A stretch of 64,000 nt of DNA from NCBI GenBank assembly GCA_003524095.1, contig DOEE01000003.1:732662-796661 (forward strand). Reading direction: 5' to 3'. The position numbers and the translations under genes are program-made. Below are positions 58,091-64,000 of this stretch, piece by piece (the first letter of the stretch is position 1; each line of letters starts with the position of its first letter). The notes beneath the pieces were generated by a model. That model was not told where the DNA came from, made no database searches, and saw only the letters and a list, made by a program, of their open reading frames with translations. This DNA is from Clostridiales bacterium. GTDB taxonomy: Bacteria > Bacillota > Clostridia > Christensenellales > UBA1242.

Positions 58091-58331
58091 ATTTCTTACA
58101 AATCATAACAATAAATGAAAATAAAAAAATGCTTAAAACAATTGCTACTATAATTTGTGGAAGTTTGTGTTTAATAAAATATACATTTTCTCGTATCCTT
58201 TCCCTATCTTTTTGCAAAAATACTTGACCACAATATGGGCAACATTCGTCACTGGTCTCACTATTAGCAAAATCTACCTTGACTTTTCTATTGCATCTGC
58301 TACATTTTATAATCACCCTACGCCTCCGCAA
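58089..58331 (-). CDS. zinc-ribbon protein with a C-terminal TM tail anchor
   Basis: 80-aa ORF with CSRC...CPYC followed by IIVAIVLSIFLFSFIVMI. It overlaps the upstream ORF by 14 nt. Confidence 0.5.
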   Translation of the reverse strand: MRRRRVIIKCSRCNRKVKVDFANSETSDECCPYCGQVFLQKDRERIRENVYFIKHKLPQIIVAIVLSIFLFSFIVMICKK

Positions 58332-58746
58332 CTATTAAATCATCTATTCTAGTAACCCATTGAACACCATTTTTGTAAAAAGACGACATAGAAAAATCAT
58401 AAATACCATTGCCTGTATAATCAATAACAGTAAAAATAGGAACATAAAAATTATTATACTCCCCTTTGGCTTTTGCTCGTATGATAATTTTTTTTGACTT
58501 GTAATTTTCCAATTTAATCGTTCCAAATACTTTGAAAGTATTTTGATAATCTAATCCTTGACCATAACTTGCATCTTCAATACCTGCCAAATTTTGAATA
58601 CGATAGTCTATTGAAAACTTTGACTCATCTGTTTTTAATTTTGATAAAACAAAAAAACCAACTCCCATGACCGCAAAAATAATCAAAACAACTATGACTA
58701 TTTTTAGTTTAGATTTACCACCATTTTGATCTTCTACACATTCCAT
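58318..58746 (-). CDS. bitopic membrane protein with an ectodomain of about 100 aa
   Basis: 142-aa ORF with an N-terminal TM segment (IVIVVLIIFAVMGVGFFVL) and a C-terminal part that looks beta-rich. It overlaps the upstream ORF by 13 nt. Confidence 0.5.
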   Translation of the reverse strand: MECVEDQNGGKSKLKIVIVVLIIFAVMGVGFFVLSKLKTDESKFSIDYRIQNLAGIEDASYGQGLDYQNTFKVFGTIKLENYKSKKIIIRAKAKGEYNNFYVPIFTVIDYTGNGIYDFSMSSFYKNGVQWVTRIDDLIVAEA

Positions 58747-58952
58747 TGATTACCACAATTTTTACACACTGCTCTGGTTTTGGATATTGTTTTGGAATTT
58801 GTTATCCCCATAAAGTACAAAAATAATAGTCCAATTCCAAAAGTAAAACAAGCAATCAAAATCCAAAACAACCAAGACAATGCAGACCTATGTTTGCTTT
58901 GAGTATTGCTAATAAATTGAATATCATCACTTCCACATTTTGGACAATGCAT
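58734..58952 (-). CDS. split zinc ribbon interrupted by a hydrophobic hairpin (LITAF-like topology)
   Basis: 72-aa ORF with CPKC, a hydrophobic stretch of about 30 aa, then CKNC. The RBS is AAAGGAGGAG. Confidence 0.5.
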   Translation of the reverse strand: MHCPKCGSDDIQFISNTQSKHRSALSWLFWILIACFTFGIGLLFLYFMGITNSKTISKTRAVCKNCGNQWNV

Positions 58953-58984
58953 ATAAACTCCTCCTTTGTATAATTTCTACCTAC

Positions 58985-59014
58985 ATTATATATTAGCCAT
59001 TGGCTAAAAGTCAA
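58985..59014 (-). promoter_or_regulatory. near-consensus sigma-A promoter of the three-gene operon
   Basis: Minus strand reads TTGACT, 18 nt, then TATAAT. The spacer consists mostly of the palindromic operator. Confidence 0.6.
58993..59007. promoter_or_regulatory. palindromic operator candidate TTAGCCA-T-TGGCTAA
   Basis: Two perfect 7-nt arms. An 11-nt direct repeat of one half (ATTGGCTAAAA) occurs at 58999-59009 and 59029-59039, 30 bp apart. Confidence 0.5.
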
Positions 59015-59057
59015 GTAAAATTTTAACTATTGGCTAAAATAATTGTAAGGAGGATTT

Positions 59058-59267
59058 ATGAGAGCAGAAATAATTAATCGTATGTTTGAAGAAATAAATT
59101 CATGTGGACTAACTTATACTGAAATTGCAAAAAAAGTTGGAATATCTGTTGTTATGCTAAGTCAATACAAAAATTTGTCTAAACTACCATCACTAGAAAC
59201 CTTTACAAAAATTTGTAGTGTAATCAATGCATCCGCAGATTATATTTTAGGATTAAAAGAATATTAA
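59058..59267 (+). CDS. XRE-family helix-turn-helix transcriptional regulator
   Basis: 69-aa ORF with LTYTEIAKKVGISVVMLSQYKN (HTH) and an AAGGAGG RBS, divergent from the three-gene operon. Confidence 0.8.
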   Translation: MRAEIINRMFEEINSCGLTYTEIAKKVGISVVMLSQYKNLSKLPSLETFTKICSVINASADYILGLKEY

Positions 59268-59375
59268 AATAACTTTACACATTTAGCGAAAATATATCAA
59301 TAAAGTGTTTATTCTATCACAACATAAAAATAAATTATGTTTAGACACCATATCGCAATATTTATCAGTTAAAAG

Positions 59376-59404
59376 CAAAAAAGTGAGCATATGCTCACTT
59401 TTTT
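59376..59404. terminator. bidirectional terminator (right copy of a duplicated terminator)
   Basis: A6, then the perfect palindrome AAGTGAGCAT/ATGCTCACTT, then T6. It lies between the XRE gene and the rluA-family gene end. Confidence 0.85.
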
Positions 59405-59419
59405 ATTTTCTTTTTAGAG

Positions 59420-60112
59420 TTATTTAACAATATCCAAATTAAAGACGTTCCATGGGGTTATGTCTTCGGGTGGATAGCATTTGAAGGTCATGTTTTCCTT
59501 GGTGGTTGGATGAACAAATTTGAGTTCATAAGCCCAAAGTGCCAAATTGTGTCCTTTGGCTAATTTGTCGCCACCATATTTGACATCACCATAAATAGGA
59601 CAACCTATATTTTTGAGTTGAACTCTTATTTGATGACTTCTGCCAGTAGCCAAGTTTACTTCCACCAAAGAAACTTTTTCACTATCGTCCAAAACAACAT
59701 AGTCTAATTCGGCACGTTTTGCATTTGTTGTGAGTTCCGGAACGACTTGGACGGTATTAGTTCTTGCATTTTTAAGCAAGTAGTTTACAAGTTTTGCTCG
59801 TTTTTCTCTTGGTTTTCCAACAACCACTGCCAAATATCTTTTCTTAAAATCTCCGGTATGCATCTCTTGAGTAAGTCTACTTGCAGACTTGCTTGTTTTG
59901 GCAAAAACCATAATTCCGCCCGTTGGTCTATCTAGTCTATGAACAAGTCCAACGTATACATTGCCCGGTTTGTTTTCTTTGACTTTTATGTATTCTTTGA
60001 CCATAGTAAGCAAGTCTTTGTCCTTGCTTTCATCTTCTTGAGTTGGTACATTTTGTGGTTTAACAACCACAATTATATGATTGTCTTCGTACACAACATT
60101 TAATTCTTCCAT
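59420..60112 (-). CDS. RluA-family pseudouridine synthase (no S4 domain)
   Basis: 230-aa ORF with the catalytic motif HRLDRPTGGIMVFAK and GRSHQIRVQ. Confidence 0.85.
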   Translation of the reverse strand: MEELNVVYEDNHIIVVVKPQNVPTQEDESKDKDLLTMVKEYIKVKENKPGNVYVGLVHRLDRPTGGIMVFAKTSKSASRLTQEMHTGDFKKRYLAVVVGKPREKRAKLVNYLLKNARTNTVQVVPELTTNAKRAELDYVVLDDSEKVSLVEVNLATGRSHQIRVQLKNIGCPIYGDVKYGGDKLAKGHNLALWAYELKFVHPTTKENMTFKCYPPEDITPWNVFNLDIVK

Positions 60113-60130
60113 TATTTACTCCCGATATTT

Positions 60131-60517
60131 TTAATTAATTTCGGATACAAGCAAGTACCACCTTGTTGTACCATTAACCTTGTTAACGACACATTTGCCA
60201 GCAACCGTTACATTTGCACCACTTTTTGGAGTACTGACACCGCTATCCATTCTAACTTCAAATTGCCATCTACAACAAGTATTATTTTCGTTTAGTGTAT
60301 AGTAGCCACTTGACCCCTTAAACTTCCCCCACACTTTAAGCGTTTTGTCTTTGTATCTTGCGGGGTCGTTGTTGATATTGGTAATTATGCTATTTGCAAA
60401 AGTGTCATTTCCAACTAGGTTATAATTAATTTTCATTTCACCACAAGCGGTTAGACAAGTTAGCGAAATTACTAATACAAGTAACACCAAAAAATTTTTG
60501 AATAGTTTTGTTTTCAT
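60131..60517 (-). CDS. hypothetical lipoprotein at the 3' end of the zinc ABC operon
   Basis: 128-aa ORF with the lipobox LTACG. Its start overlaps the permease stop by 4 nt. It contains a CC pair (NNTCCRW) and looks OB-fold-like. Confidence 0.5.
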   Translation of the reverse strand: MKTKLFKNFLVLLVLVISLTCLTACGEMKINYNLVGNDTFANSIITNINNDPARYKDKTLKVWGKFKGSSGYYTLNENNTCCRWQFEVRMDSGVSTPKSGANVTVAGKCVVNKVNGTTRWYLLVSEIN

Positions 60518-61374
60518 ACTCTTTTTGTTCCTTTTGAATTTTTAATTATTATTTCTAAAAGCCAACACACAAAGTACGTAAATATATTTATTACAACAAT
60601 AGTCGCTCCAACAGGAGTTCCCCAAAGCATAGACACAAGTATGCCAAACACTGATGACAACACACTAATGATGCTTGAAAATATTATAACCATTTTGTAA
60701 GATTTAAACAACCTAATTGCACTAAGTGCCGGAAAAACTATTAGTGCGGATATTAGTAGCGAACCTACTAGTTTCATAGCAAGTACTATAATTACTCCTG
60801 TTATTATAGCCATTATGCTATTATATACACTAACTTTTGTGCCAGTTGCTTTCAAAAAATCTTCGTCAAATGTTATTGCAAAAATTTTGTTGTGAAAGAA
60901 TACAAAGTAAAAAAGCACAACAATTGTTAGACCCACACAAAGCCAAACATCCAAGGTACTAAGTGTAAGTATGGATGTAGAACCAAAAAGTGTACTACAC
61001 ACATCACCACTTATATTTGCACTAGTTGAAAACAAACTAACAATTAAATATCCAAAGGATAATGCACCTACAGATAGCATTGCAATTGCACTATCGTTTT
61101 TAACTTTTCCTTTGTTGGTAAGGCTAATAAGCAAAATTGCCACAAGAATTGTAATAGGAAGCATAAGATACATGTCCGCAATAGTGAGAACCATTGCAAT
61201 TGTCATTGCCCCAAAAGCAACATGAGATAGTCCGTCTCCAATCATAGCATATCGTTTGAGAACCAAAGTAACACCCAAAATAGCACAACAAAGAGAAATA
61301 AGTGTGCCAACAATCAATGCATATCTAACAAAGTCATACTGAAGATACGACCCAATTTGTTCAAAAATATTCAT
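60514..61374 (-). CDS. znuB: metal (zinc) ABC transporter permease
   Basis: 286-aa polytopic ORF of the ZnuB/MntB type, positioned between the ATPase gene and the lipoprotein gene. Confidence 0.85.
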   Translation of the reverse strand: MNIFEQIGSYLQYDFVRYALIVGTLISLCCAILGVTLVLKRYAMIGDGLSHVAFGAMTIAMVLTIADMYLMLPITILVAILLISLTNKGKVKNDSAIAMLSVGALSFGYLIVSLFSTSANISGDVCSTLFGSTSILTLSTLDVWLCVGLTIVVLFYFVFFHNKIFAITFDEDFLKATGTKVSVYNSIMAIITGVIIVLAMKLVGSLLISALIVFPALSAIRLFKSYKMVIIFSSIISVLSSVFGILVSMLWGTPVGATIVVINIFTYFVCWLLEIIIKNSKGTKRV

Positions 61375-61375
61375 A

Positions 61376-62074
61376 TTACTCCCCTACTTTCAAAGCAGAC
61401 ATAATATCACTGCTTTCAAATTCTTGTTTGGTTCCGTTAAAAATCATGGAGTCTTTGAGATATACTATATGGCTTGCATACTCCATAACCTTGTCTAAAT
61501 TATGTGAAACCATAATAATAGTTAGCCCCGAATTGTTCAAATTTTTGAGTAATTTATAAAACTGATTAGTTGTTTTTGAATCAAGTCCATTTGTTGGCTC
61601 ATCCAAAACCAAAATCTTGTCTGTTGCACACAAGGCTCTTGCAAGCAATACCCTTTGCTGTTGTCCTCCAGATAGTTCCTTGAAGCCATTTTTAGTTAAA
61701 TTTTCAAGTCCCAAAAATTCAATAATTCCGTTTGCTTTATTTTTTTCTGCCTTGTTATAAAAGGGTCTAAGTCCCATTTGACTTATAAATCCCGACATAA
61801 TAACTTCTTTAACTGTTGCTGGAAAGTCCTTTTGAAAATCATTCTGCTGTGGAAGATATCCTAGTTTGTTTTTACTAAGAGATTTTTCAAAGATAACTTT
61901 ACCAAAAACCGCCTTATTAAGCCCTAAAATAGTTTTTAAAAGAGTGCTTTTGCCCGACCCGTTTTCGCCCAGTATACACAGGTAATCACCCTCTTCGACT
62001 TTGAAGTTAATATCTTTGCACACAACTTTTTTGTCATAACCAACACTTAATCTTTTACACTCTATTAATGTCAT
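61376..62074 (-). CDS. znuC: metal (zinc) ABC transporter ATP-binding protein
   Basis: 232-aa ORF with GENGSGKST, LSGGQQQR and LVLDEP. Confidence 0.88.
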   Translation of the reverse strand: MTLIECKRLSVGYDKKVVCKDINFKVEEGDYLCILGENGSGKSTLLKTILGLNKAVFGKVIFEKSLSKNKLGYLPQQNDFQKDFPATVKEVIMSGFISQMGLRPFYNKAEKNKANGIIEFLGLENLTKNGFKELSGGQQQRVLLARALCATDKILVLDEPTNGLDSKTTNQFYKLLKNLNNSGLTIIMVSHNLDKVMEYASHIVYLKDSMIFNGTKQEFESSDIMSALKVGE

Positions 62075-63078
62075 CTTTCCAACACCTTCTTTAAAACTTC
62101 CAAATTGCCAAGTAGAACATCATACAAACTTACTTTGTCTTTTTGCTTATAACTTACCGACTGACAAGAATCTAAAACTTCTACTTGAACACCTTTTTTG
62201 CATTCTTTGTCATTCAAAACTGAATTTGCAATAACCCTATCCGAAGTTTCGAGAACACAAATATATTTTGCATCTTCTTCAGATATTTTTTGTATAAGTT
62301 TTGAAATCATATCAGCACTAGCCTGCGTTTCTGTCGAACAACCCGAAAAACAAGCGTAGTACTTAATCCCATAATCGCGATTTAAATACCCAAACGGAAA
62401 TCTATCCGCTACTATTAGTGTTTTGTCCGAGTTACTACATATTGACGAATATTCTGTGTTTAAATTTTGAATTTTGGATATATATTTTTCCGAATTAATT
62501 CTAAAAATTTCCTTTCTTTCAGGAAAAATTAAACTTAGACTATCTCTAATTTTTTCTGTCATAACAATTACATTCTTTGGGCTTAGCCAAATATGCTCGT
62601 CCAACTCTTTTTCTGCATGTTCGGAATGACTTTCGTGAGTATTGCTTTCGTGTTCATTATGTTCGTGACTATGCTCACTATCAAGAATTCCTTCTTTGCT
62701 TTCTTCCATACTCTCAATTTCATCAAGCAATTTGACTGTTATCAGGTTTGGACTATTGGTTGTCTTCAAAACATCACTAACCCACTTGTCACTCTCTCCA
62801 CCTACATACAAAAAAAGTTCACTTTTTGCAATCGCAGTCATATCTGATGTTGTAGGACTAAAATTGTGAATATCTACGCCATTATCTTCAAGAAGCATAA
62901 TGTCATCGGCATTACCCATAATTTCACGAGTTATATCATAAATAGGAAAAATTGTTGCAATAACTTTGGAGTTTTTGCTAGGCTTGGAAAAATAGTAAAT
63001 AGCATATCCGCCACCTACAAACATCAAAACTATTAGTATACTACATACAATTGCTTTAATTTTGCTTGCCAAGTACAT
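62071..63078 (-). CDS. znuA: zinc ABC transporter substrate-binding protein with a His-rich loop
   Basis: 335-aa ORF of the cluster-9 SBP type. The loop DSEHSHEHNEHESNTHESHSEHAEKELDEH is typical of zinc-specific ZnuA/AdcA proteins. It has an N-terminal TM anchor. Confidence 0.8.
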   Translation of the reverse strand: MYLASKIKAIVCSILIVLMFVGGGYAIYYFSKPSKNSKVIATIFPIYDITREIMGNADDIMLLEDNGVDIHNFSPTTSDMTAIAKSELFLYVGGESDKWVSDVLKTTNSPNLITVKLLDEIESMEESKEGILDSEHSHEHNEHESNTHESHSEHAEKELDEHIWLSPKNVIVMTEKIRDSLSLIFPERKEIFRINSEKYISKIQNLNTEYSSICSNSDKTLIVADRFPFGYLNRDYGIKYYACFSGCSTETQASADMISKLIQKISEEDAKYICVLETSDRVIANSVLNDKECKKGVQVEVLDSCQSVSYKQKDKVSLYDVLLGNLEVLKKVLER

Positions 63079-63348
63079 ATCTCCTTTGGAATTTTGATTA
63101 AATGACTAGTTACATCGATTGTCATATCACGAGTAAACAAATATTCGAGTTTTGTTCTAAAAAATTTTAGTCAGAACACATTCGCATATACTACAGTCTA
63201 AATGCGAACAATTCGCAATAACTTACAATAATATAGTTTATTTTGCATATATTGTCAAGTAAGATTGACAATTTATTTTGAATAAATTAAAATATATTTG
63301 AAATAAGTTAACAAATAAATATTTTGACCAAAACAAAAGGAACAAAAA

Positions 63349-63774
63349 ATGTTAAAAAATACAAAAACAAGAACTCTTGTTAGAGAAATTTTAGACAAAT
63401 CAAATTCGCCTTTGACTCCGGCTGAAATTTTTGAAAAATTAAAGACTTTGGATGTAACTTTGTCGTCAATTTATCGTACACTCGATGCATTTACAAAAGA
63501 AGATATAGTTATCAAAGCAAACGACCAAAAAGGCACTGCACTATATACTCTTAACAAAGACGACCACTATCATTATTTGGAATGCAAAAACTGTCACCAA
63601 AAAATTCAACTAAATTATTGTCCTTATCACAAAGTTAATCACGAACTGTCCAAAAAATACAATTTTGATATTGACGAAAGCAATGTTGTCATATATGGAG
63701 TTTGTAATAATTGCAAAACAAAGTGTCCAAGCGGACATGCTATATGCAATCACGAACATAACAATAACAATTAA
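63349..63774 (+). CDS. zur: Fur-family regulator, probably Zur
   Basis: 141-aa ORF with an N-terminal winged helix, CKNC...CNNC zinc sites and a His-rich tail, divergent from the zinc ABC operon. Confidence 0.75.
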   Translation: MLKNTKTRTLVREILDKSNSPLTPAEIFEKLKTLDVTLSSIYRTLDAFTKEDIVIKANDQKGTALYTLNKDDHYHYLECKNCHQKIQLNYCPYHKVNHELSKKYNFDIDESNVVIYGVCNNCKTKCPSGHAICNHEHNNNN

Positions 63775-63839
63775 ACGCATGAAAAATCAACCTGATTTTG
63801 CTTAAATCAAAAAAGTTTTTTACTCAAAAAAGACCAAAA

Positions 63840-63879
63840 ATAGGAAGAAACTCCAAATTTCTTCCTATTTTTTTTTTAT
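63840..63879. terminator. bidirectional terminator
   Basis: ATAGGAAGAAA / TTTCTTCCTAT 11-bp stem followed by a T12 run, with an A-run upstream. Confidence 0.8.
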
Positions 63880-63944
63880 TTTCAGTGACTCCACGGAATT
63901 CACTTTAAATATGCATAACTTTTTTTGTTTAATTTTTAAATTAA

Positions 63945-64000
63945 TTACTTAGAAACTCTCAATTCAAATTCAACTTTTTGACCATTTCCAACTTCAACTT
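63945..64000 (-). CDS. 3' end of an unidentified gene running off the window
   Basis: The open minus-strand frame ends ...VEVGNGQKVEFELRVSK-TAA. Only 17 codons are visible, so no product call is possible. Confidence 0.3.
   Translation of the reverse strand, partial: VEVGNGQKVEFELRVSK

Noticed and set aside
1-64000. CRISPR arrays, IS elements or transposases, integrases, phage structural genes, restriction-modification systems, and known defence-system or toxin-antitoxin hallmarks.
   Set aside because: I recognised none in any frame. No regularly spaced direct repeats were seen. The only repeat-bounded unit is the small XRE cassette reported above.

Overview
Low-GC (about 30% by eye) Bacillota-type chromosomal segment from an endospore-former, transcribed almost entirely on the minus strand and using standard code 11 (TAA, TGA and TAG all end conserved genes). 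Core content in window order: holA and comEC; spoIVFB, a spoIVFA-like gene, minE, minD and a divergent mreB-like gene; an rRNA methyltransferase; a stand-alone GlmU C-terminal domain; a DUF421/DUF4363 pair; uvrA and uvrB; a 1143-aa Ig-repeat surface protein; hflX; rpiB; tRNA-Asn. A long sporulation, division and cell-wall block follows (sigG, sigE, spoIIGA, ftsZ, ftsA, divIB, murA, an accessory insert, ftsW/spoVE, murD, mraY, murE, a PBP, an ftsL-like gene, rsmH). Then engB, clpX, clpP and tig; rluD and lspA; groES-groEL; and a Zur-linked zinc ABC importer. I saw no CRISPR array, IS element, integrase or phage structural genes. Main second-look items: (1) a G10 tract in the 19-nt spacer of a TTGCAA/TATAAT promoter driving a lipoprotein, a candidate phase-variation switch; (2) an operon of three small zinc-ribbon/membrane proteins whose promoter spacer holds a palindromic operator, with a divergent XRE gene, the whole cassette flanked by two near-identical terminators; (3) HflX with an N-terminal domain carrying an exact JAMM/MPN metalloprotease motif; (4) a 66-aa peptide with 13 Cys, and a 20-aa hydrophobic micropeptide with its own promoter, RBS and terminator; (5) a Trp/His-rich 12-aa leader ORF with alternative hairpins upstream of a hydrolase/P-loop kinase operon inserted in the dcw cluster; (6) a double zinc-ribbon/DUF2087 frame broken by two in-frame TAGs; (7) a 22-bp perfect palindrome made of two consensus DnaA boxes where mraZ would be. 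All family assignments come from reading the translations and from memory of motifs; no searches were run.
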